Below are positions 28,802 through 43,374 of a DNA stretch of 64,000 nt, one piece after another. The stretch lies in the NCBI GenBank assembly GCA_012295275.1, contig CM022670.1, forward strand, positions 26,474,001 through 26,538,000, given 5' to 3'. The first letter of the stretch is position 1, and every line of letters starts with the position of its first letter. The stretch comes from Chrysomallon squamiferum (Eukaryota; Animalia; Mollusca). Below the pieces are notes generated by a model. The model was given only the letters and a program-made list of their open reading frames with translations, was not told the origin of the DNA and did not search any database. The position numbers and the translations under genes were made by a program.

Positions 28802-29222
28802 GAAAAACAAGTAACAAAAAAGTTGATCTGGATGAAAATAATTTTAAATTGGGAATCTTCTAAATCCTGCCATCAAAGAAATCGAAACGTTGGGGATTTA
28901 GAGTTCTTTAAATAACTTTAAACAGAATACTAACTATGTATTTATGTTTGGAAGAATTAAAAAAAAAAAATGTAGGTTCAAGTACCCGGCTTAAATTTTG
29001 AGTACCTGTCTTTTGTCTGCCCTTTGTTCCATACGTTGGATATTTGAACAACAAATCCCCTTATTTGTACTAGGTATTTCAGTTTTCAAGTAAGGCGTTC
29101 AGTTTAAGTCAATCAGTAAACAGAATGTACAGGTCTTATCTGAAATTATCGAGATACGAATATTCCAGGGGATAAATTATTCCAGACAGATAGTGATAAT
29201 CTCTGTTTGTGTGTGTGTCTCT

Positions 29223-29266
<44 letters not shown>

Positions 29267-30231
29267 GTAATACATATATTAAGGCTGTTATTCTTTTCTA
29301 TAATTGCAATTAAAAAAAATGTTCCGATATCTCTATGAAAATTTGTTCTTAATTGTATCACTGATCCTATCAGACTAGAAATAAAATCAAAATATAAGTT
29401 TTTTATCTCTCGAGTCCATGTTTTTTCCTTCGGCGTGTAGGGTTTCTATCATTAGCGGCCTAATCTGACAACCACTGGTTAAAATTTACGCTAATGCAGT
29501 TTTGACGTGGACAATCATCGCCTTCATCCAGCACAAGATTTGAACAGCCAGGCCTTTACGTGTTGTGTACCCTGTCTTGGCAAAGCGTTAAAACTTTGAA
29601 ATGCCTTTTGTTTTATCTTCCTCATCATTCATCGCTGAGATAGGTTCAGGCCTTTGAGAAAGCAAATGTGTACGCCGCGGGTTTTCTCTGATAAAGAGTG
29701 ATGACGTGTTTCGCTTGGGATTTGTTGCCATAACATCACTGTCAGGTAGAGATAAACTGTTAACACTTTCTAGAAGACGATACAGAATTAGCTTTTAAAC
29801 CTCGGCGATTTATGGCATTTCTCGTGAAGAATCATTTCACCTGCGATTTCGGGAAAATAAATTCCTGATGAAAGACGTACGCTTTGGAATGGCAACGAGT
29901 AAAATAATCGCTGTCGTCGAGTTACTATTTTTAAAACAAACACTTGTTTAATTAATTTAGGCAAACCGTAACAAGTGATAGTGCGAGTGAAATATTTCGG
30001 TATTTTTATCTAGAAAGTGGAAATGTTCCAAATAATTACGTGCTATCTCCTTGGTGCATTCGTTAGACCAATCAGAACTTGGGTATTGTTAAATCTGATT
30101 TGATTAGTTATGGCACGTTTGACTTCTACTGAGTAATTCCATTTGCCAAGCTGTACCTAGTTTTCATTACTTGAAAGATAAAGCGAATTCGATTTTAAAT
30201 GTTTTCTATAATGTTAAGAAATATTAAGAAA

Positions 30232-30337
<106 letters not shown>

Positions 30338-33300
30338 AACAAAATAAACAAGAAAGAGGGGAAAACAGAAGTCCAAGTAGATTCTCTTTGATATAAAGCA
30401 TTCTAATTATTCTCACAACTTAAAAATTTCGTCGTTTTTAAAGACACTCGATAAAGCTGTGTGTTAACAGTCTTGAGATATTCTCGACATGTTCTAAACT
30501 TCTGCCTTGAACACAAACAGTCGTTTCCCCGAGACACCTAGTGAAACAGTCCAGGTTTCGTTTTGAGTAACGCCTCAGTGAAATCATCAAATGAAATAGT
30601 CGCTCTCACTCCAGTTTTAATCTCCCCAGATAATCCTTCATATCAGGTTTACCAAATAACATAGAGTTTTGTGTTTTCCCTGTCTATGAAAAAGTGTAAA
30701 AAAAAAAAAAAAAATCTCTCCTTGAAAAAAAGGAGAGTAATCCACCCCATGGCAACAGTGGATTATTGCTTTCATTATTTAGCTGTCACATGACTATAGA
30801 TTATAAATGTGTCGAGTCTGTTACGTTTGTAATCATCTCATCTTTGGTTAAGTGCAGCATAAAAAAAAAAAAAACATTTCTTTCTTCTCCCTGAGTCACT
30901 GTTATCGAAAGCATTGGTTTTTGAATAAATTAAGAAGGTCATTTATCGAAAATAATTAGATTTTGACGAGACATTGAAGTGCCTTTTTGTTTGTTATGAA
31001 ACAAGAAGTTAGGGGTTGTATTTTTATTTACACTTTATGTGCATTTTGTAAAGATTCTGCATAATATTTAACATATGTGATACTATTCACTCTGGATCCT
31101 ATACTGGAAGTTTATTTTATGAAGAAAAAAAAAAAAAAACTAATAATAAATAAATAAATAAATAAATGAATAAATAGATAACTTGTAAACATAGGTAGAC
31201 GCTCTCTTAAAAGATGAATTATGTTTACGTTACCTTGACTTTGCTGTAGTACTCGCATGGCCCCAAAAAGACTAATTCCAACTCTACAATCTAAAAAAAA
31301 AAAAAAAAAAAAAAAATATTACAAGAGAAAAAAAAAAAAAAACCGCGCATATCCCGACAATAGATTCAGTTTCTCCGTCCTTTATGCGTGCATCATCTGC
31401 ACTGTGTGTGTTCTTATTTATCAGCATGATCCCCCAATTACAACAACAATGACATGAAATAAAAGAGCCGCGACCATGTCCCGGTAATACAAGATACTTT
31501 TGGTCTCTTTATCCCGAAACTCATAACATAATAGCTCGGTCGGTCTCGAATATCGAGGAAAATTAGATGGCGGATCTAGCTTTTGACGATGTCCCGTCGA
31601 GTCCTCGTTAAAGCGATCTGAGGTTTTACAGTTTTCATCCTTCAGCTGTCCTGTCTTCTCTGTACCGCCCATGCTGTGATTCAACTTTAAAAAAAAAAAA
31701 ATGTAATGAATAAGTAACTGAAATCGTCTGATAGGACTGGTAGGCTTGTTAAAATTCACTAAAGTACGACAACCCTTACTGTTTCGGGTAAGCGTATGGT
31801 TTCGTCTTTTAATAATTGAACTGCTTCTGGTCATTTCGTTTTAGATTTGTATTTGTTTTCAAGTTATGTTGACTGTTAGTGAACTGAGATTCTAAATAGG
31901 CTAACGACACATTTACTGAAATAGTGAATTACTGGACTTTGAGTTTTAGATTAGGATAGAATGAACGAATAATGAAACTAACGAATGAATGAATAGATGA
32001 ATATGCAATTAACGATAGTTCAAACTATTTTAATGTTAAGTAATACCAGCTATAAAGGATATTGTATTTTAATATTATGATGAAAAAGTACGACAAAGCA
32101 CGCATTTCCTGGTCACACGGTATTAGGTTACTGTGCTGGAGTATAATTAAAGTGTTAAGAGCTCCAGTTCAGTGGTTCAAATTTGTAGTTGTCGGCACCA
32201 TATCTAAGACAAGCACTACTCTGATCATAATGGACGGAGAAAGGTGAGACAGGAATCTTTGTACCTTTCATTGCCGTGTAATTATACTTAATTTGTCTGG
32301 TGTGGAAACCAGCTGGCTGATCATTCAAAACATATCTGCCTTAATCTGAGCGACAGGATCCCAGAACTGTTTGTATCTCAGTTAACTCCTTATCAGAACA
32401 CCATCGTATTGTTTCTAATGTTTATAATTTTTGTTTAGCGAAACAAATTGCGTGTTAAAACAAAACTGCTGGTAAGTTATTACGATTCTTTAAGCTAGGT
32501 TATAAAAGAACAAAGATTTTTTTGTTCTTCTTTTTTTTCCACTGAATTTCTTTACGGAAAGAAAAAGAGAGAAATCTTTATTTGTTAAAATCTAATAATT
32601 GGAGGTTTACGAGAGACGTTCATGACTTAGTTACAAAAGTCTTGGTTTAAAAATATTTACAGTCATTCTAGAAATAATAATTCTTTTGCCAGTTCGAAAT
32701 GCCAACGTGAATGTAACTTTAATAAATCGCATGTAACAGTATCGCTAACCATGTAAAAACGACTCCTCGCTATGTTTTATCCGCTGAGAAAAACAATGCA
32801 TTATTGTTCAAGAAAACAATGCATCATTTCTAACTAGACGGTGTCGACGTCAAGCGCTTGGATCTCCTGGCAGTGTTTCAACAGATATTGCGATGTAAAT
32901 TTTTGTTTTCCCATATTAACCTGGTTTTCTTATCACTATGTTTTATAGTAAATGTACTTTCATGTAGGTAAATGTTACATTTTTTATTATCACGAAACAA
33001 GAAATTCAAGTACTATTCAATGCTATACACTAGGAGAGAAAAGAAAATAAATTATAATTTTATACACCAGTGGCAAAAAAACAAGTAACATATACTAAAG
33101 AAAAAAATGAAAAAGTAACGTATATTATTTATTAGGAGAGGAAAATAAATAATTTCTAATTATGGATATACAAAAGCAGAAAACGACTAATTCATAATAT
33201 TATAACAAAGAAAAAATGTATTTAATAACAAGCATGACCTAAAAAGTGTTAATCATGAGTAAAATTATATTCAAATGCATTTAATATAACTCCGAGCTAT

Positions 33301-34440
33301 TTGTTTTGTCAATGTTTGCTAATAATAAATAAATCTAAATAACAAGTTTGTGAGGATGCATGGAGTGTGAAATTATTCTTTACAGATCTACATAGGAAAA
33401 CAGTCTATCCAGTATTTCCACGTAAAGACAGAAATAAAATGTTTGTCGTTATTCATTTTTATGTAATTGTTTTTATTTTATTATTAATAAAGCTTAGCTA
33501 CCAATGACAAATAAAACAGTTACTTGACAGTACACTAAATATATTTATATTATTGTAGACTTTAAACCTGCAGGAAAGTGTAATTATCCTTTCTGTGATA
33601 TAGCAGATTTGTAAACCATCTATCTCCATAATCTACACAGGGACGGGACGTCTTGTTTCGTGTTTTGATTTATTTCGTAGAAGCCAACTGGAGTCATTTG
33701 GTCAACAGTCGCTTGTTATCATCTTGAGATAGTGGTCAGATTGTTCCTGGTCATTTATCACCTGTTTTCCCACCAGGCTGTTGGAAACGCGTGACACTTC
33801 TGTGATTTATACTGATGAAATTTTACATGTACACATGCTTCGTACAATCCCAGTTATGTTGATGAATTATCACTTAGGATTTTCCTTTCTGTCTCTTGTC
33901 TCTCACTCTCGTTCTTTTCTCTTTTTCTCTCCCTCGGTTCTAATATATACATTCGTACAGCCTGACAGTCAGACAGACAGACATACACGTACACTTATAT
34001 ATATATATATATCTGTACCAAACATAAACACAATTTTGCTTTCTCTGAATGGTTCACTACTCGTTGTTTCCCCAACAACACAAAGCTTTGATATAATATT
34101 ATATTTATTAAGATACCGCTGAAAAACTTTTTAAGTTGAAAGTCGGAAAGTTATGACCGATTTTATCTGGGAGAAAACAAACGAAGACGTCTGCGAGAAG
34201 CATTACTGGCGCAGACAGTCGACACTTGAGTGTGGATGTTTCCACCAACCGTTCATTACGTGTATCTGCGTGCTGGCTTTGTTTTGAAAGATAAGAATAA
34301 ATTACAACAGTGGAACAAGGCAGGGGTCTGTGAACACTAAAACAACACGCACCGCTTTGTCGTACACAGCATTCAGACGTCGACAGAGACAGATAACAAA
34401 AAGTTTAAAATTCACCAACTGCTACCTGCCTTTTTGTTAT

Positions 34441-34501
<61 letters not shown>

Positions 34502-34800
34502 GTAACGAGTGATTTATAAAAAGACGTTTGATAAATGCAAGGGTTGATAGTGCACTGCTAAAAAGTGTTTGATATAAACTGAATATGAAAAGACGTAAAT
34601 ATTTGAAGTCGTTAATGTGATTTATTTTGCGTTTTTTTAAAAGCAACTTCAACAAAGTTAAAAGGGATTATTTAAACAGTGTAAGTTTCAAAGAGATAAT
34701 GATTATTTTTTGTGTGTGTGTTGGCAAAGAACGCGTTAGCAAGTATTGTGTGGGTGTGGGTGTGCGCGTGCGCGAAGTCGCATATGTGTTGTGTACGAGA

Positions 34801-34905
34801 CACATATTTATTATAAGTAGGAAAGGATAGGAACTTAAAAACTAACAACTCAAATACACATACTTATTGTAAGTAGGAAAGGATAAGAACTTAAAAACTC
34901 AAATA
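34801..34905 (+). repeat. Tandem duplication, 56-bp unit x2
   Basis: cacata.ttatt.taagtaggaaaggata.gaacttaaaaact at 34801 and 34857. Confidence 0.85.
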
Positions 34906-35416
34906 ATATTCTCTTGGCGGGGTGATTTACACGTTAGTTCATTTGAACTTTGAAAGAACAAAAAAAAAAATTAAACATTAAAAATATATTGAAACCGAAA
35001 ATGAATTCTCCCGTCTCACGAACAAGAAAACTGTTAAGTTGTATTTTCACCTGTTCCGCCATTTCCCTACAGATTCGCTTGTACGACTAATGCAGAAAAG
35101 CCGTCGCGCACTTAAAACGCCATCAAACTTGGATCTTGTACGGCGCTTGTCGCTTGAAGCAAATGCTAAAGCTATTAGTGTACGCAATCACCATATTAAC
35201 ACTTCACCTTTCTTGTTTAAAAACAAAAATAAAATAATTTAAAAAAAAGAAGAAGAAATCAGATGCTTTGTAGAAGTCTTCAAAAGAATGCAGCAAAAGA
35301 ATGAACTCGCCGCTCCACTGGCTGTAAATCAAACGAGGCTTGTCGGAGTTTATGTATGTAACGCACAAAACGTCTTCTTGTCTTAGTGGCTAGCCCACCT
35401 GTGAGAAACAAACTAA

Positions 35417-35712
35417 GCAGAGGTGTAGCTAATTATTTATAATAGCCTCGCTATTTACTGAAGACTGCTTACACCAGTGCTGGTCACAAACACAGTCAGT
35501 AGATTTGTATCGCTTCGCTGCCGGTTTTATCTAAATCCGAGGTATACAGTTTCTGTTCTGTGGGAAGATGCCTGTAAGAAAAACAGCAGTGGCCGCACCG
35601 AGTTTTCTCTCTGATTATTTATATAGGATTTAACCACATTCATGACGCCATATAACCGTAAATTTAAAATACGTTGAGTGCATCGTTAAATAAAATATAT
35701 TTTTTCTTCCGT
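35417..35712 (+). mobile_element. Decayed SINE resembling molluscan Nin-domain SINEs
   Basis: Segments gaggtatacagtttctgttctgtgggaagatgc and tgacgccatataaccgtaaatttaaaatacgttgagtgcatcgttaaataaaa resemble, from memory, the core and 3' tail of gastropod Nin-SINEs. Not verified by search. Confidence 0.55.
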
Positions 35713-36009
35713 CCTTCAGTTGCTGTGTAATTATTATGAACATGAATAGGGAATGATAAGATGAGGGTTTTTTTCTTGTTTTTGTTTTGTCTATTTGCGG
35801 CTCAAGATTTAAAAATTTACTACCTCCAAACGGCTATAAAATATAATATCATATACATCACGTAATATTTCCTTGCTTTAAGCTATTTTTTATTACATCT
35901 TTTTCATAAACTTTATCATTTTTATTTTCTTATTGTATTTCTTATATTATATTCATTGTATCATTCTTTTTTTTTTTTATTATGTTACCTATTTTTTTTT
36001 TTTTAAAAT

Positions 36010-36045
<36 letters not shown>

Positions 36046-38515
36046 CTTGTTCCACGTAATGTATTTCAATTGACTGTGTCCTTTTGGGCAATAAATGCCA
36101 AGGCTTGGAGCTGGTGATAGATCCGTTCTTTCATCGTTTTCATAAGAACTAAATATAAAATCCACACATCTCTAGCAAACTTGTACATTCCTTATGACAG
36201 CTAAATATAAGATCCACACAAGTTTAATTTAAAGAAAACAAACGCGTTTTAGTGCCCGAGTTGCAAGCAGCGACGTCTTTTCCTTCTCCCCGTGCCCTTT
36301 TGTCATCTCTTGTTATTCTTCATCGTCACGTATCACAATAGAAACAATGCGACTCTTTTACGAGTTGCGGCTTGCTTCTCTGTTACTGTGTGTGTTAAGA
36401 TTTGCCGTTTAAAGTGCGCCATTCAGTGAAGTTAAAGGAGAGGTGAAGTCTGAGAAAGCAGGAGGTGGAAGTGTCGTCGTGCTTCGCGTTACCCGCTTTA
36501 ACAGCTTTTCACTCGTTCCTTTTAGTATTTTATTTTATTATTACACACACAGTGAAGCGCAGAAACCCAGATAAACACAGTTATGTCGACTTATTCCTTA
36601 TTTAGTTATAATTTAAGATCATGATTAAACGGAGGTGGCTTTGATCATTATATATACACGGGAAAGTCTGAACTTAAGAACACAATGCTATTAATGTGAA
36701 AAGAATGAGTTTCCTCTGAGGTATGAAAAATCTCGAATACAAATCATAACAAGTGATAAAATTTAATCTTCTTTAAGTATACTGAGAAGACTGAAATATG
36801 CATGCTTATTTAAAAAAAAAGAAAACAGAAAGAAAGAAAGAAAAAAGGGAAAAAAAAGACTTCGTAAATTTAACGTGGTTTGTTTTCAAAAACAGCCGCT
36901 CATCTTGAAGCTACACATTAATTCTGTTCTAGCTATTTCCATTCTGTCAATGTTATTCCACCACCAGCAGCACAATGAGATACAGTTGGACAGTACTGTC
37001 CTAACTGTTTCTAATCTTTCAGAAGAGGCTGGTGTTTTCAGTAACAGTAACTGAGCACCAGTCTGTGGGTTATCCTGACTGACAGCAGAGAGGTGTTTTA
37101 TTCAGCACAGAAATAAGTAAAGAACAGAGGATAATTCAACTTGAGACTGTTCAAGTAAAGTATTATATTACTGTTTGCTGGTTTCTCAATTTATCGTCTG
37201 TCTAGTCCATCACGTATTAAGAATGTATGCTAATGATCAAAGTATCTTGTCGGGATTTTTTTGTTGTCTGCTTCTCAAACGCGCCGCTTGCCTATCTGTC
37301 AAATTTTGCTTTGATTTACCGTTATTTGTGAGAAAGAAAAAAACCCGGATTCTTCACACTTGTTGCTGCTTTGCGCGGTACAACACTTCCTGATTGCGTT
37401 AGCAAAAACAAAAATAAGGATTATTCGGTGCAGAGCCACTTATTATAACGATATGGAATATGTATAATCTTGTAAAGGAATTCTTTTGAAAATCGAGAAC
37501 TGGAAAATCGAGTTTACATAATTATTTAGAATATAATCAGAAGGATTTTCTTTTTTCTTTTTTTTTTGTTTAAATCTTTATCTTATCAACTTGTCAGCTA
37601 CAAAATGCGGGGTGTTTTTTTAGGAGATTAAACATCAAATGTATTCTGTGTATAATATATCAGAGTTAAGTATTAAATGTGTCAACCCTTCTTATTTTTT
37701 CATCATGTCATAAAATAAACAGAAATCGTATATAACTTAAAAAGAAAAAACCCAGCCAAAGTCTTTTGCTTCTGGAGACAAAATTTCACCATGCTTCTTT
37801 TTCAGAATATCGTATATATTAATGTACCTATAATTCTTTTCTGTGTTAAAAATTTAAAACAGGAAAAGATAAAGATCATACGAAATGGATATTTCTGTTG
37901 TGAAATTTATATGAAGTATTTATCTATATGGATCGTTTGTGAATTTATTTGTACGATAATCGTAATTGCTCCCATCCATTTGTGTCTGTCTGTGTGTATA
38001 AATGTGTCTGCAGAACTGCAAGGTCTATATGTTTGTGTGTATTTTGCATCAAGAAAGATAAACAAAAAATTGTGTGTTGTAGTATGATTATGTTGTTAGC
38101 AAATCAGTTTGATTAACTATTACAGAAATTACATGCGTGTTTGGTGTTTATTTATTTTAGCACCCAGCACAAAATCGTTATCATTCACTAAATGTTTAAT
38201 TCTTGTCTCATACGTAATGTTCGTACGAAAATATTTTTTTCTCGATCTAAACACGTCTGCATTCCTTCTGAAAATAAATCTTTTACACGTAGGATCGCTT
38301 TGAAGACTGAAGAATGCCTTTGACTGGCAAACAGCGAGACTTCCAAAATAAACATTTTAGCAAATCAATTGGTCTGCCTTGTCAAATAATTACACGAATG
38401 CAGGCAGTCATTCTGAGAAGTTCAAAAATAAAAACGTTAGAAAAAAGAAAAAAAACGCGTAGACGCCGCACCTGAAAGAATAATTTATGACGGTTTTGAC
38501 GTTTAAAAAAAGATT

Positions 38516-38553
<38 letters not shown>

Positions 38554-39540
38554 CAACTACTCAAGACAATTCGTCAATGGTCTTCAAAAATAAATAAATA
38601 TTTTCTAAGAACTTTAACTGAACAATATGTAGGTTATTACTGGTCAAAGCTAAATCTATTTTTAAAAATCTAAATAGATACTAATTTATTCCCTTTCTGT
38701 GCATAGACAGAAAGACAAAAAATATACTGATAGCTAGATAAAGAGATAGGCGGGCGAACAGAGATAGATAAACTCACAGATTCTTCGATGGATGGATGGA
38801 TGGATGGATGGATGGATGGATGCAGATTAATAACCAATTATACTGATAAAAAAAAAAATTTCATTTAAAAATATCCTATACTGCTTTTTAACAAACGATG
38901 AAAAATCTTGTTGTTTTATTTGTTTCAGCAAACTAACAGAAAGAGTAAACTGTAATTTTAACAGGTCGAATACTACTGTTATGTCTAACATTATTTAAAG
39001 ATAATATAAAATTGGCTGTTTCATTTTCGTGTCATGTTATTTTTGAAGACTTATTATCGTGTCATAGCAATTACCTGAGTCTGACACGAACAGCTGCAGA
39101 GATCTTCAGAAAATTCTTCACTGCAAAAGCCTGCTTCCCTACCCTAACCCACTGAATTATTTTAGCATGTGTAATCAATATAAACATCATACTTTGGCAA
39201 ATAATGCAAATACAGTCGGACCACATTTTCCGTGGCTTTGCATACATACGTGGGATGTTCTAGACCCTGTATTGGTGGATAAGACTGTATCCTGGTATAT
39301 GTGAAAAGTAACTTTTGCATAAGGAAAATGAAATAACTGGGTGTATAGATATATATATATAATTATAATATTTTGTATATGTGCGATGATTGATTCGCTC
39401 ATTTTGTGAATTAAAATATACATCAGTTTTAGTTTTGTAAGGTAAATAGTTGTTGGGTGAAGAACAATGACCAAATTTGGAATTATTGTAAAGAATGATT
39501 TCTACGTAAATATCTGTGTAAGAATTTATGGTCGCATTTG

Positions 39541-39770
39541 TACTACTACTATTACTGCTGCTAGTACTACTATTACTAATACTACTAGTATTACTATTAC
39601 TACTACTACAACTACTTCTAATAATAATAATAATAATAATAACAACAGTAATGCATAGGTATATTTGCAATAATAATAACAACAATAATAACAATAACAA
39701 TAACAACAACAACAACAGAAATAATAATAATAGTAATAGTAATAATAATAACAATAATAATAATAATAAA
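39541..39770. repeat. Compound trinucleotide tract (TAC/AAT/AAC)
   Basis: Direct read; source of several low-complexity ORFs. Confidence 0.9.
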
Positions 39771-40322
39771 TGTAAGTCAAGTAAAAACACTGTCATTCAT
39801 CACCATTCAAAATTAATATTCCTGTGGTTTCACCCTCTTTCATCTGAAGATGAGTTCGGTGCCAGATCAAGGGTTTTTCTGTGTAACACTAGAATGATAC
39901 CGTTCTTTGATACTTAGCCTTAGACCAAGACTCCGTGAACCAGCAAAACGAACTAAGTGTTTGTTCTGTTGTGTGGTCTTCTTTAAGAATTTGTTTGGAT
40001 AACGGAGAATCAGAAAACGTCCGATACCAGGAAGAACGAGATTCTTTGTGTTTAGGGGGACAGTGGGGGGGGAAAGTCAGATATTTATACTAGTTTAAGT
40101 TATTAAAAGTATAGAAAATTAAAAGTTTTTAAAGTTAGCTTTTAAAAAAAATTCATGATTACAGTTATATATGGTTTTAATTTTTTTTAATTTTATATTA
40201 TTATTATTAATAATTTTCGTGTGGGTGTGGGTGAGGTTAATACCGTTATAAATAAAGGATATTAAAGCTGAAAGTCATTTATTATTTGCTCTCGTGTAAA
40301 ATTATGTACGTAATACTGCATG

Positions 40323-40406
40323 GTCAGGATGGCCGAGTGGTCTAAGGCGCTGCGTTCAGGTCGCAGTCTGGTTCTCCAGGCGTGGGTTCAAATCCCACTT
40401 CTGACA
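40323..40406 (+). tRNA. trnL-CAG: tRNA-Leu(CAG) copy 4
   Basis: Identical to copy 1 (T-loop TTCAAAT); T4 and a longer T-run downstream. Confidence 0.97.
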
Positions 40407-40832
40407 TACAACTTTTGGGTTTTTTTTTAGAACAGTTCAAATTGATTTTAATTTGATATTTATGTTGCAGCAGTTTAACGCCAACACTCCGAGATTAGAG
40501 TTTGTTTTCGTACTCCTCGATGTGTATTTTTTTAATTTTTATTTTTATATGGGATAAGGGTACCAATAGGAAACAAAGGCATCACTTCTAATGAATTAAA
40601 AATCTTCACCGATCTCTAAACACGAGTTGTCAAAGTCTCAGTACAGACAGACTGTTTAGACTGATAAACGTGCTACTGTGGACTGAGAGCGTGAACAATG
40701 ATCATGTCTGTGTTTGGTTCCTAATGACTACGCTAAAACAAACAGACTTTCTAAAATAATTTTTGAAATCTCATACTGTCAAAATACTCTAAATATCTCT
40801 GAATATTATTTAAGTCCTAATTTTATAAAACA

Positions 40833-40900
<68 letters not shown>

Positions 40901-41090
40901 CATTCAATGTAACATTTACTTTAACAAAGATTTGAATGTGATTTGTTTAGTATATTTCTGCATTTTTTGATTACTCTGTTAAAACTAAACATTCTGAATA
41001 CTCTTTTGTGTTTACATCAATAAATTATTTCTTTGGGGAACTAACTGAAATAAAAGTAGACTGCTGATTCTTGTTTCCAGAATCCCGACC

Positions 41091-41126
<36 letters not shown>

Positions 41127-41642
41127 ACCCGCCCATGCTGAAATTCCCTTAACTGACAAAAACCAGAAAGTGACCTTCACGAAAACAAGCAATCGAACCT
41201 GTTTATTTACTTCCGGTGTTGTCATGACGCCCAAATCAAACATGACAGCCGTTATTACTAACATGGGCAATTAGTGCCATAGCAACCGGAACTGTGAAGA
41301 AAACTGAAGAGTTCAGACAAGTAAATAAGAGATAAGGAGACCAATATCTTCTTGAAAATATATAAAATATTCTTCTTCATCTAAAGTATGCCTTCTTTTG
41401 TACATTTCTATGAGATTTTTCTCGACATTTTAAGATTTGTATTATATATTTATTTAGTTCTCTTATCATCCTCGACTTGTGTTTCAATTACAGCCTCCCC
41501 ACATAATTGAATCCAGCTCGAAACGGTGTTGCTTCTCAAAATAAATGTAAAAGTTTAAAAGATCAAAAAGAAATGTTTTTTAAATATAAATAACAACAAC
41601 ATGTGAAATATCTTCTAAAATTAATTCTAAATTCAAATTTTA

Positions 41643-41727
41643 TGTCAGAAGTGGGATTCGAACCCACGCCTGAAGAAACCAGACTGCGACCTGAACGCAG
41701 CGCCTTAGACCACTCGGCCATCCTGAC
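41643..41727 (-). tRNA. trnL-CAG: tRNA-Leu(CAG) copy 5, variable-arm variant (85 nt)
   Basis: Reverse complement; variable arm CTGGTTTCTTCAG instead of CTGGTTCTCCAG; T-loop TTCGAAT. Confidence 0.92.
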
Positions 41728-41980
41728 GATAGTGATATGCACCTATAGCTAGCAAATGTTCCTGAATATTTATCTATTCGTTTAAACACTAAAAACGGAG
41801 ATATCAGTTATTTCTTAACAATTATATTAAAATTTTATTCTGGTGTATATTTTTTATAAAGTTCGTTTCATTATCCATTCAAATTCCCATAATTTGCTTT
41901 CATAAATTATGAGATTACAGAAAGATATTTTTGAAATGTGCTGTCATCAAAATATTTTCTCATAAAAAAATGAAAACGTG

Positions 41981-42064
41981 TGTCAGAAGTGGGATTTGAA
42001 CCCACGCCTGGAGAACCAGACTGCGACCTGAACGCAGCGCCTTAGACCACTCGGCCATCCTGAC
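41981..42064 (-). tRNA. trnL-CAG: tRNA-Leu(CAG) copy 6
   Basis: Reverse complement identical to copy 1 (TTCAAAT). Confidence 0.97.
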
Positions 42065-43321
42065 GTTAATATGCTACATGGGTACATGAGAACAAATAAC
42101 AAAAGTCTTTAATTAATATTTATTTTTGCTTGTGTATAGATAATAAATCATTTGTATTTTTTAATTAATAATAATAATAATAATAATGGTTATTGCCTAA
42201 CTCTACATCTTATTGACTTAGAAATATATATACTTCTTTTAATGGCTAATCAGTACCAAATGTAACATATCCTCATGTTAAACTTTTTCGTGAACTAACA
42301 TTCATATAACAGTATTTTAAAGCTAAATTTACATAATTACTGTTAAATGACCTCATCTATTATAATACTGGTAATGGATTTACAATCGTGATACAGGACG
42401 GCAACTCGAAGACGAATGCGGTCCCTGAAGTACGTTATGTCCAGTACAATATTATCATTCACCTTGCCCCACTGAAGACGTAGTTAGAGCATTGTAAGTG
42501 CTTGTTTTAAAACGCCATATGTTGTATGTTAATGACCATTGGTTTATCAGTGTTAAAGTGTGCTATTAGGTTTATTGCAGGCTCACTCCAGAAAGTACTT
42601 AGTTTCTGGGGGCTTGCTCGAAAAAGCAAAACAATTTCAAAAGCAACATTCGCGTTAATGGTATTTATGACTCCTTTCCATTAGCTAGACACAGTATCAG
42701 ATGATAGGTGCATGTTTCGAATGCTATTACAGTATTATCAGCTACATATCATATGCAGACATAAAATTCATGTTTTTGAAGTTGTATATATGTTTGTATA
42801 TATGTTGTGTGTTTATGTGTGCTTGCGTGTTTTTGTGAGAGAGAGAGTCTTTGAGTGATAATGAATGAGAGAGAGGGTGTAACACATTCTCTTTCCTTTT
42901 TAAACATCTTTGAATTCTATCTACTGTGCATGAGCGAAAACTAATGTTAGGATGCAGTAACATAACTTCTTAGTAATTTCCCCTTTTAAAACTTCAACTT
43001 TTCTTCTCTTTACTAGTAGTATTCAAAAACAACGGTATAAAAATTATTATTAAGGTGTTAAAAATATGTTTTATAAGCATGACGTTACATAAAATATCCC
43101 GCAGTACCATATTCCTTCTTTTTTTCTTCTTCAAAACTAACGTGTACAAAAAAAAAAAAAACATGAATATAATTGTGTCTGCGTGACAGTCACGTCGTCT
43201 CAGATGAGGTTACAAAAAATTTACCATCTCCCAACCCAACCCACCTCCCAAAAAACATTCCAGGTATGTCCCTTATCGCGCCCAGTCATTTGTTCCGCCA
43301 TATTAAATTATTCTGAAATGT

Positions 43322-43374
43322 GTTATTATCCTCGTCACAAGCGGTAAACGCGTTATTATCCTCATCATAAGCGG
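43322..43374 (+). repeat. Tandem duplication, 30-bp period
   Basis: gttattatcctc(g/a)tca(c/t)aagcgg twice. Confidence 0.75.
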
